This document shows, piece after piece, positions 42,850 to 55,812 of a DNA stretch of 64,000 bases. Position numbers and translations under genes: made by a program. The first letter of the stretch is position 1. Each line of letters starts with the position of its first letter. Source of the stretch: Lama glama (Eukaryota); assembly GCA_028534125.1 (NCBI GenBank), contig CM052816.1:27654001-27718000 (forward strand), read 5' to 3'. The notes under the pieces are model-generated. The model was not told where the DNA came from, did not search any database, and saw only the letters and a program-made list of their open reading frames with translations.

Positions 42850-43000
42850 TATATATATATATGTATATACATATATAAAGCATATATATGTATATACATG
42901 CTTATATATGTATGTATATGCTTATATATATGTGTGTATATGATATATAAGCATATGCTTATATATATATGCATATGTATGTATATGTATATATATGTGT
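42850..43000. repeat. Compound (TA)n/(TATG)n low-complexity repeat
   Basis: About 150 bp of alternating TA/TG/CA with gcttatatat subunits. Confidence 0.95.
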
Positions 43001-43149
43001 GCTTTGGGCCAAAGCTATTTCCATTCTAGCATTATCATTGAAGTGGGAAAGAATGTGAAAAGAAGAATTATGTTCTTACCCCTAATGATAAATCCAACTA
43101 TAGGTTGTATGAAATCCTAGAGTTTAGGTGCTTCACATTTTTTTATTTC

Positions 43150-43634
43150 AATAATATTCCATGGGTCTCTTGCATTTCTACATGTCTTATAAACCAAGGC
43201 ACTGTCTGCCTTATCTTAGACTATCTATTTAAGAATATGGAAGAGGAGGACAATGTCTTGCTCCAGAGAAAAGGGCCGTTTGGATTACTGTTCACTATAA
43301 TAAAGATAACATCTGCCTCTAGGGCAAAGTTCAAGCAGGTTTACTGCCCATTACAAAATATTTGGATTTCCTAAACTCCAGAGCTCCTTTCCTGTAATGT
43401 ACCTTGCTCTACATACTGTTATACCTGGCTCTCTTTGCAGTGACCTGTGGGAATTTTGGCTCAGAAAACTGGAGCAAAAATAATGATATTCTGGCTACTG
43501 CTATTGCTATGAATAACAAATTGTGCTTAGTTTCTGACTCAGGAGCGTAGTTCTTGAAACTGTGCCATTTCAACCAGGGCAGGCTAAGCTTGCAAGAAGG
43601 ATAAAAATCTCAAACCTTCCACAATTTTTAACAG
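43150..43634 (+). mobile_element. Old ERVL-type solo LTR (MER54/73/74-like)
   Basis: Ends ttgcaagaaggataaaaatctcaaaccttccacaatttttaaca; internal tctgactcaggag. Subfamily is from memory only. Confidence 0.55.
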
Positions 43635-44243
43635 ATACAAGAGGTTCATTTCCTCTTCATTGAATCAAATGACACTAACAAGTGGACCATCCTTAAGTAT
43701 TAATATCAAATTGTTCCCTTTTCCCCCCAAATCATACACCTTTATTACTATTATTATTATAGATATGACAAAAACAAGAACAAAAACTTGACGTCTACAG
43801 GCAGAAATATTCTCCCAAGGAATATCATAATAAGATAATTGCATGTTGATTGCATTGTTTATTGTTGTTACTCTGCTAGTTAACTTTTAGGCTCTGAACT
43901 TTCTACACAGAGCTCTACTTTATCATTTTTACCTCTACATGATGCTATTTCTTTTGGTATTCTTAGCAGACAAAGCCTAGGGGCATTACGGGAGATAGGA
44001 AGAGCTATAACTATAGAGTATCTGCAGGACAAGCCTCATTCACGACCCTGTGGGGAATCGAGTAAATGGCAAGCGTGTTCTAAATGCAATGCCTATAATT
44101 TCAGTCCTTTCTTCTGTCTTTTTTGCACTGGGGCAGATTTTCATCACCTATTTCACTAGAGTCTATATTGAAGTGAAACTTTGCCAAGTATTTTATTAAA
44201 CATTATGCGAGGATTAAAAGAAAGACACTGCTGTAAGATTTAA

Positions 44244-44300
44244 GTGTGTGTGTGTGTGTGTGTATGTGTGTGTGTGTGTGTGTGTCTGAGAGAGAGAGAG
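44244..44300. repeat. (TG)n(GA)n compound microsatellite
   Basis: About 20 TG units then about 7 GA units. Confidence 0.95.
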
Positions 44301-44544
44301 ATGAACCCAGATGGGAAGCTTGGAATGATTTTTCCAAGTCTATAATCAACTTCTCTCTTCATAAAGAGAGTTCTTGACAGACAGAAATGTGAAAAATACA
44401 ATTCCTTTGCTCTGCGTTTTCTCTGCATTTTTGTTGACTATGGACTGTTCACTAACACATTTTTACAGTAAGCGTATGAATCAGGTAGTGGGCTAAAGCA
44501 AATTTTTTTGTGTGTAATTTGGTTCTGTGCCAATATCTGTTTTT

Positions 44545-44675
44545 CTTTAGACCATTAACTTCTTGAGGGCAGAGCCTCCGCCTTATTTATCTTTGAATTC
44601 ACATCTTTGACTCCATTGACTCTGGATCAAAAGAGGTGCTTAGTAAATGTTTGTTTGTTTGAATTAATGAAAAAT
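44545..44675 (+). mobile_element. L2 3' tail
   Basis: tagaccattaacttcttgagggcagag...gaggtgcttagtaaatgtttgtttgtttgaattaatgaa. Confidence 0.8.
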
Positions 44676-44879
44676 AAATGGATTAAAAAATAGTAAATAG
44701 GCTTATTTTCAGTAGAATTGTTGTCGAGAGAGAATTAAGAAAATCGTCTAATTCTGGCACAACAATGCCTCTCATTTCAAATATCAAGTAGTTTTAAAAA
44801 TGGGACTTCAATAATCTTTGTTGTTTTTATAACTGTTTAGTTATTCCTTATTATAATAGGTAAAATAAAGAAATAATTA

Positions 44880-45115
44880 TAGCAAAGATAACTGACAGCA
44901 AGTGCCAAGTATTGTTCTCATCTCTCTCCATATTATCTCATGTAGCCGTCAAAAAGCTAATAGAACTATTATTATTATCTCTATTGTGCAAATGAGGAAA
45001 TGGGTTATAGAGAAAATAGATAACTGTACCAAGGACACACAACTACTTTTCAGGACAATATGGAGTCAAAGGAAGACTGCTTAATTCTAGGCTGGGGTCT
45101 TAATCAATACTACCT
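44880..45115 (-). mobile_element. MIR SINE
   Basis: attattatctctattgtgcaaatgaggaaatgggttatagaga...ccaaggacacacaacta. Confidence 0.75.
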
Positions 45116-46009
45116 CTTAGAGAAAGGTGGACTTATAAGTGTATTTATTAAAGATGATCCACAATTGCAGCAACTAGCTGGAAGAGGTTAAGAAACTGAA
45201 ATGCAAACTATTTTGAAACAATTTTCTGTTGTGGCAAATTAGAATTTGGCTTTAAAAGCACTCTTGTTTCTTCATCCTTGATAAGAGTTTATTTTCCAGA
45301 GATTCTGGCAGGAGCCTATTAAACATGGATACTAGTAGGGAGAAAAAAACACACATTGTACTTGACCTGAGGTTGAACTTCATAAAGACCATGACACATA
45401 ACAGATGACAATAAATGCTTTTATGATAGACTGAGGATGATATTGGATTTTAAATTGCTATCCCATTTTAAACTGATTAGTTTAAACTGATTTCAGTTTA
45501 CAGACTATCTTATGCCCATTTCTCCTTTGTGTCCTTTATGGGAATGTATATCCAGATTGTAGGTTATAAAACAACATTGATTCTGCAGTAATTTTTATGT
45601 GTCTTTTGCATGGTATCACAGTCAATTAAGTAAATGGGAAATATTTCCTGGTGGTGATTCAATTTACTGAAATTTTAGAGTAATTCTGTATGTGTATAAA
45701 TATGCAGGCAAAAAAATAAATAGGTAAAAAATCAGAAGCCCTCGAACCTGGTGAAACTTCAATAATATTACATAAGGAAATTAACTTCTTCAAAATTGTA
45801 TCTCTTACTGAGTTCTTGAAAGTTTGACATTTATGTCTAACGGAGTTCAGGAATTTTTTGAAAGAATGGCCTCGAATTTTTTATAATTGCAAATAAAAAT
45901 CTAAAATTAATTGGTATAAACATATTTGGGGTCATCCAGAAGACCACTTATAACCAAGTACTGAAACAAGACGTGACAGTTGGCAGTTGGCAGTTTTGGC
46001 TTTTGCCTT

Positions 46010-46216
46010 GGGTGGGTTTTTCAACCTCCACAATACCAGCACTTCAGACTACATGATACTTTGTTGTGGATCTGTCCTGTAAGTTATACAATGTTTAGCA
46101 AAATCCCTGGTGTCTAGATGCTAGTACCCTCTCTTCCAGTCGTGACAATCAAAAATATTTCCAAATGTTGCCAAATGTGCCCTGGAGGGCAAAATTGCTC
46201 TGATGGAAAACCACTG
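46010..46216. mobile_element. MER20 hAT-Charlie DNA transposon
   Basis: ctttgttgtggatctgtcctgt...atgtttagcaaaatccctgg...tgccaaatgtgccctggagggcaaaattg...aaccactg. Confidence 0.85.
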
Positions 46217-46244
46217 TGCATTGATGTCTAACTGTATTTAAGCA

Positions 46245-49200
46245 AAGAGATACTTTTTTTTTCTTTCTTTCTATTTTCAATTGAAGTATAATTGATTTAC
46301 ATATATTATATTAGTTTCAGGTGTACAGCATAGTGATTCAGTATTTTTATAGATTGTACACCATTAAGTGTTATTAGAAGATAATGGCTATAATCCTGGG
46401 TGTTATTCAATATATCCTTGTTGCTTACCTATTTTATACATAATAGTTTGTGTCTCCAAATCCCATACCCCTATCTTGCCCCTCCTTCCTTCCGTCTTCC
46501 CACTGGTAACCACTAGATTGTTTTCTATATCTATGAGTCTGTTTCTGTTGTGCTGTGCACTTTTGTTTATTTTTTAATTCCACATGTAAGTGATATACAT
46601 TGTCTTACACTGTTTGACATTTTACTGAGCATAATACTATCTGGGTCCATCCCCATTGCTACAAATTGTGTATATATGCCACTACTTCTTTATCCATTCA
46701 TCTGTTCATGGACACATGTATTGCTTTGATAGCTTGGCTATGGTAAACAGTACTGCTATGAACAATGCAGTGTGTATATCTTTTTGAGTAAGTGTTTATG
46801 GATTTTTTGAGTATATAACCAGGAGTGGAATTTTTGGATCATGTAGTAGTTCTAGTTTCAGTTTTTTGAGGAACATATGTACTGTTTTCCAAACTGGCTG
46901 CAATAATTTACATTACTACCAACAGTATACAAGGATTCCCTCTCTTCTCTATATTCTTGCCAACATTTGTTATTTGTAGAACTTTTGACTGTAGCATTGT
47001 CTTTTGTTATAGCCTTTAAATTCTATTTTGTCTGCTATGAGTATTACTACCCCCACTTTCTTGTTTCTATTTGCATGAGATCTCTTTTCCCATATCCTCA
47101 CTTACAGTCTATGTTTGTCTTTAATTGTGAAGTTAGTCTCTCATAGGCATTATATAAAGGAGTCTTTTTAAAAAAAAATCCAATCTGTCACCCAATTTCT
47201 TTTGTTGGAGCGTTTAGTCTGTTGACATTTAAAGTAATTATTAATAGGTGTGTACTTATTGACATTTTATTACTTGTTTTCCAGTTCTTAATCTTTGTAC
47301 TAGCTTATTTAAGTGATCGATGCTCAGCCTTCACTATATATTTGCCTTTATTAGTGGGATTTTTCCTTTCCTCTAGTTTCTTACTTTTTGTTATAGCCTT
47401 TTATTTTCCAGTTAGAGAAGACCATTTAATATTTCTTTTAAGGTAGTTTTAGCATTGATGAACTCTTAGTTTTTGCTTCTCTGAGAAGTTCCTTATCTCT
47501 CTTTCAATTTTAAGTTATAATCCTGGGTGGAGTATCCTAGGCTGCAAATTTTTTCCTTTCAACACTTCTAATATATCATGTCACTCTCTCCTGACCCACA
47601 AAATTTCTGCAGAGAAGTCATAGATAAGGATTCCCTTGTAAGTGACTCTTTGTTTTTCTCTCACTGCCTTTAGAATTCTCTCTTTATCTTTAACTTGTGA
47701 CATTTTAATTATGGTATGTCTTGCTGTGAGTCTGTTTAAGTTCTTCTTGTTTGAGATCCTCTGTGCTTTCTGTATCTGGATATCTATTTCCTTCTTCAGG
47801 TTTGGGAAGTTTTCAGCCGTAACTTCTTCAAAAACATTTTCAAGCCCTTCTCTCTCTTCTCCTCCTGGGACCTCTATAATGCAAATATCGATATGCTTAC
47901 TGTTATCACAGAGATCCCTTAAACTGTTTTCATTTTTTTTAAATTTGCTTTTATTTTTGCTGTTCTGATCAGTCTTTCCATTATTCTATCTTCTAGATCT
48001 CTGATGTATTCTTCTGTATCACTTAGTCTGCTATTCATTCCTCCTGTGTTTATTGATTTCAGCTATTGAATTCTTTATTTCTGATTGGATCTTTTCAATA
48101 TTTTCTAGCTCCTTAAATTTTTTTTTTACTGTGTAGTTCTATTCTTTCCCTTAATTTACTAAACATTTTTATTACCAGTGCTTTGAATTCTTTACACATC
48201 TTTATCTGGTAAATTGTTTATTTCTGTTTCATTACTTATTTTTTCAGATGTTTTCTCTTGCTCTTTCAATTGAGAGCAGTTTCTCTTCTTTTTCATTTTG
48301 CTTAACTTTCTCTGCCTCTGAATTTAGGTGAAAAACAGTTACCTATTGTGGTCTTGAAAGGGTGTTCTTATGTGGAAGCATTCCTATATAAACTGTGTGT
48401 GCCCAATGCCTTTGGTAGGAGTGCTGAATTTTTCATGGATGCAAGTCATCCTTTCTCAGGGTGTGCTGGCAGCTATCACCTTGTTAGGGTGTGGGACTGG
48501 AGTTACAGGGGCTATAGCTGGAGCTGGGCATGTGGCAGGATTTCCCCTGTGCTCATTGGCCACACTACCCTACCAGGGGTGCGGTCTGATCCCAAGTTTC
48601 TAGAGCAGAAGCCCTGAGGTTTGGTCTGAACTTATCTATTCCCTTTAAGGATACATCTGTCTGCATGGGGACTCTTTCATCAGAAGGGAGGATAGCTAAA
48701 GCAAGTGGGGCCCACATAGACTCCTGACTAGTATTAGCTGCAGACAGATGTCTAAGCTTTTTCCAATGTGCTGCCCATGCAGGCGCCCACAATTGTTTCC
48801 CTTAGTCCAGTAAGATGACGCCTTTGGTGCAAGTCTCCTTTGAACTTAATCAGATCACTGCCCTTAGCCTCCGTTGTCCTCATGCTGTTGTGGAGCCACA
48901 TTGTAGGACAGGCAGGGCCCACGTGATCTCTTGGTGTGTATTGGGGGATGAGCTGTGGTGTAGTGGCTGTTTACTCAGATCTGAGCTGCTTCTGTTGTGC
49001 TGCTCAAGTATGCACCAACAGTACCCTATGCCACCCTATCCAAGCTTCACCACAGGACCGAGTTGCGTCCTGCTATTGATTGTTCTTCCTGACTGTGACT
49101 GCCCCAGATCCAGTGCCATGCTGTGATGTGGAGTGAGTAATGCTGAAGTCTTTGCTCAGCTCAGGTTGGGGTACATGCTGTGGTGGTCAGGGGAAACCCA

Positions 49201-49681
49201 GCAACCACTAGAGCAGACTTCTCTCAGCCCTGCCTGAGGGCAAGGCAGTGCCTGTATACATTTCTCATGAGAGGAGTCCAGCCTTCCCACAGCCCTTTTG
49301 TTAGTCCTAATAGTTCTCCAACCCATCAGGGAGGCTCATCTCCCCCATGTAAGACACCAGGGGTGGGGTGCCCAGTCTTTGCCTCTCACCACTCACTCCC
49401 AGGGTTGATATCTGACCATGAATTCTTCCTTTTTCTCTGAGTCTCCTCCCAGGGGCACAGGTCTTGATATGATCACTTTTGTTCCCCTACTACCCAATTA
49501 CACGTGTATCTTTCTTACAGACTTGGTTATACAGGAGTCCTTCCGCCAGTTTACAGTTAGTTTTGAGAACTGAGAATTGTTCCATGTATAGATGTATTTT
49601 TGATGTGTTCAGTGGAAGGAAGTGAACTCCATGTCCTCTTACTCTGCCATCTTCATTGATCTCTCTGTGAAGAGATACTTT
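46245..49681 (-). mobile_element. Half-L1 (HAL1)-like element: 5'UTR + ORF1 + first ~80 codons of ORF2 fused to the ORF2 C-terminus/3'UTR, with 12-bp TSD
   Basis: On the minus strand: 5' start aagatggcagagtaagaggac (about 49653); ORF1 motif RHTIIKMSQVKDKERILKAVREKQRVTYKG (about 47630-47725); ORF2 start IITLNVNRLNAPTK and GVVILIADKIEFK (about 47015-47250); junction at about 46998 into STNNKCWQE; A-rich tail; TSD aagagatacttt at 46245-46256 and 49670-49681. Confidence 0.9.
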
Positions 49682-52147
49682 AAATGTGAGATAATAAGAA
49701 AAGAACAGGGAAAGAACTTAGTACATAAATGATGCACTGTGCGTGCACAATTGAAGGTTTCACAATGGTTTTAATAGAGAAAAATCATCAGATATCACAG
49801 GATAGTATGAGCATTCTGAATTAAGATGACAAACCTGTTAAGTATCAATATTTACATTTGATTTAGTGTAATAACCTCATCTGTCACACTAAATTCATGT
49901 TAATTTGAATTTTATTGCTTTTATAATTTTGTTTGTATACATTGTTAATTCATTTTGGTTGCAGAATTAAAGCTCTAAGCATAAGGAGTTTATACTTAGT
50001 TTTGTGTTTATACATATTTAACAAACATAATAATAGAAATAATTTGTCAACCCCAGAAAGCCTCAAGGATGATTTTTTTCCATTGAAGGAATTAATGTAT
50101 TTCTGAAGTATGAGAAACACTGGATTTGCGGTATCAGAGGTAGAATGGGGGGAAGGGCAGCAGGCCAATGGAAGGAGGTCATGGCTGAGAAATTTGGGGA
50201 AAACTCCAGACTTAGATACTGAACTTACGCTACACCATTTTAACTTGTGCCAAAATATAAAAACATCTTCTCTTTTTATAACTAGCTCACAAAATGATAG
50301 AGAATGCTAACTGGGTTATTCTATATTTTTCATTTTGACAATATGAAAAAGTTTATAAACACACTTCTGTCTTGTGTAAACTGCAATGTGGAAAGTATGA
50401 TTATTCCAGCAAGAGAAATTCAGTTTTGATCACAACTGAAGACACCAGAATCAGATATAATTGGATGTATTTTCAGGTGACCTTGACAATTTATTGTGCC
50501 ACATTGTACAAATAGTACATAACCCCTTGTGATTTCAGAGTAAGTGTAATGGCCTCACAGGCTGAAGAACATGCTCCCTTTGTCTGATATGCTCCCATTC
50601 TCTTCATGAGTTGTTGTTACCTTACTTCTCTGTTGTATAGATTTGCTTGAAGAATCCTTGAGATTTCATGGCCCTATATACCAAAGGAGCTGGAAAACCT
50701 TCCACTTTCAGTCATAATCCTCTTTTCCCTTTTTTTGTCTTCTCTTAGGGAGTGTTTGGACAGGTGGTCAGTAAAGTAAAAGTAAAATTGATCATAACTG
50801 GTCATGGTTTCAATGCTTGAAGTGGAAGAGCCCAATCCTTCCTGCTGAACCCATCTCTTTCAATTTCTAGAATGGGGAGATACCTAGAATGACTAACCTC
50901 CAGCTCCAGGAGGGCTGGGGATTTTACTCTTCCCTGCACTGCAGGACAAAGAAATGTGGAAAAGTAATTAGGTATTGGATGGCATTTCTTAGCTTTCTGG
51001 GAGGAGGAGGTTCCTTTCAACCTGTGTACCGTGGAGATAATGGGCCCCTCTCCAGCAATGGCCTGGACACCTACATTGCCATAAAGACAGCCAAGCCAGA
51101 ATCTCTCTGTTTTAATCTAAGCTCTAATGAAGCAACATTGATTTTGAAGACTAAAGAGAAAAAGCCTCGGAAGAGAGAGAAGAGGATTTCTGAGGAGAGA
51201 GTTTTGAAGAGCATTTGCAGTACATTGGGAACATTTTTGTCCTTTGTCCGCTCTTCCTTTAGGGCGAAGTGGGCTGTTCAATTGTATCATGTGTCTTCAT
51301 GGAATTTGGGGCCATCTGAAGATTTGTGTTATATTGCATTTCTAAAAGGATCCAATAAAAATACAAACAATAAATCAGATAAAAATTACACTGCATCATT
51401 AGGATGAGCCTCTGCTAATTAGGATCATGCCTTCAAAAAAGTTAGATGATTCAGGTAAAATTTTAGAAACAACTTTTTGGAAAGAAACATTCTTTGGTAC
51501 TTAGTGTAACATAATACTACAAAGTCTTAATGAAAAAAAGACAGTTTATGCAGGAAGTTTTATTTGTCACTGTACAAGCTCTAATGTGTACTATTTGTGT
51601 GTTGAGGTCCTGATGTTTCAAAAAGGAAATTCTTCAAATTGCTGTGATTTTGGAATCAAGTATCTCACTTTTATAAATATACTAGCTGCATTATTTGATA
51701 GAAAAATTAGAGCCACTGTTTTATAATGTCAAACTCCAGTAAGGTCAATGAAAGTGGAGGCCTAGTTTCTTATAGGAACATTTGTCTTGTAAATGCCAAC
51801 ACGTTTGATGGACATAACTTGTACTGAGCTGGTTAAAGCTATAAAGAATGCTGGAGAAATGGGATTAGAGACTTGAACCTTCTGAAAGTTCTTAAGCTCA
51901 TTGAAAATTGTCTGGACGTATTCCTGATTATCTTTGTAAAAGGAACAAGGTCTGATTTCCTCTAAAAGGCCAGTCTTCCAGAAGATGCACAAATGTGCTT
52001 TATATAGTCACATATTTCTTAGAACTCTAAATTGCTAAAACCAAGTTGATCTGAGATTTTATGAAACAAATTCTCTCTTGACTATTTTGTTTCTTGTCTC
52101 TTGAATTTGTATATATGTTATAAAGGAATAGGCTGTCATGGTTATTT

Positions 52148-52373
52148 TAAAATTGTATTTTTATTTTACTTTATTATATTTTATTTTTTTTATTGAAGTA
52201 CCGTCAGTTATAATTTGTCAATTTCTGGTGTATAGCACAATGTCTCAGTCATGTATATACATACATATGTTCTTTTTCATATTTTTTTCAATAAAGGTTA
52301 TTACAAGGTATTGAACATAGTTCCCTGTGCTATACAGAAGAAAATTTTTTTAATCTATAAAATTGCATTTTTA
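52148..52373 (-). mobile_element. Very short young L1 3' end with TSD
   Basis: Same 3'UTR end as the L1 at 10352. TSD taaaattg(t/c)attttta at 52148-52163 and 52358-52373. Confidence 0.9.
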
Positions 52374-52485
52374 AATTTACTTACATTATGGGTAAATCTG
52401 GCTCTGTATGGATAAGAAATAAAAAAATTAAATGAGGCAAAAATCACTCCTTTTAAACGTATTTTTTATTTTGTGCTTTATATAG

Positions 52486-52513
52486 AAGCAACTTCTAAAT
52501 GGAATACTTTCAG
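52486..52513 (+). other. Candidate 28-nt micro-exon
   Basis: ttttttattttgtgctttatatag| ... CAG|GTATGT; motif evidence only. Confidence 0.12.
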
Positions 52514-53129
52514 GTATGTACATTACAAGCTACCTATTATTCCTTATCCTTGAGGAAGAATTCTTTTCTAAGAAGATAACGCTGATGACTGTGGGAATTG
52601 AAAAGCTGGAGTCAGAGAAGAAAATTTTCTTTCAAACTTTTGATCTGGAATAAAGAGCAATCTGAATGAAGCAAAGAATCTTCATCAACCACAGAGAATC
52701 TAGACAACCCCTCCCCTGGAGTTGGTTTTAGAGCACTGAAACACTTTTTTTTTTTAAACCCATTGCAGCTGATGTTCTTGTTATGCGTGTTTTTCAAATA
52801 CGAACTAAAGAGCTGTGTTATTATACTTCATCTGTGCACCAGAGAGGAGAACCTAAGGAATATGGAAATATATTTTCATAGCTGAATTTTGAGACATTTT
52901 CTTCCTTTCCCCTCAAATCCTCTGTATTTTCTTACCTTTCTCCTCAGTTTGGGAGATTTCTTCTCCATCAGTTGTAGAATTAACTTTGTGTGTAAAGGAG
53001 AGCAGACAGTGTCTCAGATGCTGATGAAGTTTAATTTTCAGCTGAAGTGTTTTTCATAAGTGTTCAAAACATTAAAGAGAGATCTAAAAAATTTCAGTCA
53101 GGTACGGAGTTATAACTTTCATGAAACTG

Positions 53130-53460
53130 GCATTCATTTATTCAACAAATACTTCCTGATGGCTGAGATGAGCAGAGCACAGTGTATAGGTCCAAATATT
53201 AATTATAAGTTGTCCATGCCTTCCTGCAGGAAGAATAAATACTTAGCTCAAATTAGAATTATGTAAAAATATCATAAACCCATTTGAAGAGCCAAGAACC
53301 CTCCCTAGAAAATAGATGGCATTTGAGCAGGATCTAATATATTAAAAAAAAAAAAAAAAACTTAACTCTGGAAGAATAAAGGAAATGACATCCCAAGAAG
53401 AGAGAAGGATGTATTCAAATGCAATGAGGTAATATCTTGAGAAATGTCAAGAAGTGTGGT
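53130..53460 (-). mobile_element. L2 3' fragment (contains an A16 run)
   Basis: cattcatttattcaacaaatacttcctgatggc tail plus purine-rich body. Confidence 0.7.
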
Positions 53461-54129
53461 AAATTATATATTTAATCTTTTTTTTCAGCCCAAGACACAA
53501 CTTATCACTGACTTTTTCCACTCTTAACCAGGCATCTTTATCCTGTTATGGCCAGCGTCTTCCAGCCGTGCCTAGCCACATCAGCTGGAAGACCTGGCAC
53601 AGCTTTGCTTAGCCCTTAGGACATTACTTGACTAGAGTAAAAAGCTTTATTGGTTTCTTTGGTCTCAGCAACAGTCAGAATCTGGAATCAACCCTGTTAT
53701 CCTGGATCCAGGGTCAGCTGTGCTAGGGTGAGCTCTGACAACCAGGGGGTCCCTGAACTGCATTCTACCTCTGTCTACTTCTTTGGTCCCTTGTGCCAAA
53801 CTTCAACCCATGAGATCTTGAATATATTGCCAGTCTCTTCCTCTGGCTAGGGGTCCTTCTCCCAGCATCTTTGTTCCTGGATGCTGTACTGTTTTGAAGG
53901 AATTGATTGGTCCATACTGACAACACAATTGCTTATGTGAAAGTATAGTTCCTGTTCTTTGTTTTCCTCCCAATGTGGATTTTCCCCTGGACTGAATCTT
54001 CTTTGATGTCAAACTTTGACAAAACCAAGTCTGATGTGGCCTCATCACTTTGATACTGCCCTTGGAATACTGACTTTGTCTATCAGCATCCCTTCTCTCT
54101 ACTTTGAGTCCAGTTCTGGACTCAGGCCA

Positions 54130-54610
54130 ACATCCCAGTGAAAAACTTAGGCTATTTGAATAAAAGTAACAGAAACTTATTTGAGCTAATCTAAGAATGA
54201 GACTAAGAAATATTTATTGGAAGAGTATGGGAGTTTTTCACACATAGACAAAAAAGCTATAAGACCAGGTCTTTAAAAAGGCAATACTGAGGCTAGAGAC
54301 AGCAGGAAATGATGGGCTGTTTGTTCAAGATGCTGTCACCATTGGGATGAAATCATCTGCACATGTTTTTCCTTGAAATCCTGAGCTCAGTTTCAGAGAG
54401 AGTTAAATTCCTTAGAGCAATAGTGTATGTTTGATTAGCCTTGATTAATGTATATTTTCCTTTCCCTTTGATCAGGTCAAAGGAGGGTCCCTTAATTGAC
54501 ATCCTACCAAGACCTCAGTCAGTGGAAACAGAGTAAACCTTCAAACAAAATGATAGTGCTGCATACAAAAAAAAATTGGAATGGAGATTGGACAAGCAAT
54601 ACCAACATAT
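54130..54610. mobile_element. MaLR LTR (MLT1-type)
   Basis: aagtaacagaaac...atttattggaagagtatggg...tttgattagccttg, similar to the element at 16540. Confidence 0.55.
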
Positions 54611-55189
54611 CCAGTCTCAGTTATTTCCTCCTTACTGGCTGACACTGTTGAAGTCCAATATCCATCAAGACTAAATCCTCCCATCCTCCCAATTTATGAC
54701 AATACTGGAATCTCTAACATTACTTTGTTCTTTTTGAGGCTTCTTTTTGGAGGATTCTTTTAAAGTCTGATCAGACTTGGGTTGCTTACCTAACATAATC
54801 AAAAACCAAAATCCTCTAGTCAAGGAACCACATTTACTTAACTTCTGTTAGACCTGAGGGAATAACAAGATATGATATATCTATCTGTAATTACAAAACT
54901 GCAATCAGGTTTTAAAAATCTTAGTATCTGAAACACAGTATCAAGATTTCCTAAGCCTCTAAATTTAGATTGGGTTAAAATTAATTATAACTAATTTGGT
55001 GATGTCTACTGAACCTTGAAAATGAAGAAAGTAATTTTAATACAAATTACATCTGTGCCCATTGTAGTTTAATATACTTTGAAGCTATTAGTTATGTAAT
55101 TAATAAGATTTGATGTTTCTTACTGTTGACTTTAAAATTCAATACATGTTTTCAAACTTCTTTAACAATAATACTGTAGTACTTACAGT

Positions 55190-55324
55190 TTTTGTTTTGC
55201 TTTTGTAGGAGAGGTAATTAGGTTTATTTATTTAATTTATTTATTTTTAATGGAGGTACTGGGGACTGAACCCAGGATCTCAGGCATGCAGCACATACTC
55301 TACCACTGAGCCATACCCTCTCCC
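55190..55324 (-). mobile_element. tRNA-Ala-derived camelid SINE (vic-1 type, long-tail form)
   Basis: gaggtaattaggtttatttattt...aatggaggtactggggactgaacccagg...ctaccactgagccataccctctccc. Confidence 0.9.
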
Positions 55325-55767
55325 ATCTTGTAACATTTTAAATGTATACAGTCCTTTTTTAAAAAAGTTATTCCTAATACCTGCCCTCAAGCAGTTCTCA
55401 CTCTTCTCCATCTGATCAGCTGTGAATTTATTTATTCTTTGATTTCTCTTGAACAAAGCTGAGTGGTTAACATATCAGGACAGGATGATTTTTAAAGACA
55501 TTTTCAATTAAAATAATCAATGATTCTGTGACTCTTCAGTATATTGTTTGGCTTTATCTTCTCCTGTTGTAAGCTTCTTACCACACATGAAAGAGTGCTT
55601 GATTCAATAAATTATAGCCAACTATGACTCTTAATTTAGTTCAAATGTGATGCTAAGTAGGTCAAAATGATTAACTGTAACATTATGTACAACAGGTATT
55701 TTTTCAGAGACCTTCTTTCTCCTTTGATTATTCTCCAATTACATATTGCCCCTCAACCATTTTCTAG

Positions 55768-55812
55768 ATATCAGTGTGTGTGTCTACTGTCACCAGGGAG
55801 AACAAGTATCAG
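55768..55812 (+). other. Candidate 45-nt frame-preserving cassette exon
   Basis: Pyrimidine-rich upstream tract ending ttttctag| and consensus donor CAG|GTGAGT; all three frames open. Motif evidence only. Confidence 0.18.

Noticed and set aside
50720..50790. Strong acceptor followed by GVFGQVV, resembling a kinase Gly-rich loop
   Set aside because: No other kinase motifs, weak donor, and a stop follows soon; likely coincidence.
50889..51407. 172-aa ORF
   Set aside because: No recognisable domain, includes low-complexity purine runs, and has no convincing exon boundaries.
33857..55324. tRNA-Ala genes at 33.9, 37.8 and 55.3 kb
   Set aside because: Mutated stems, A-rich tails and (in two copies) TSDs mark them as SINE copies rather than functional tRNAs.
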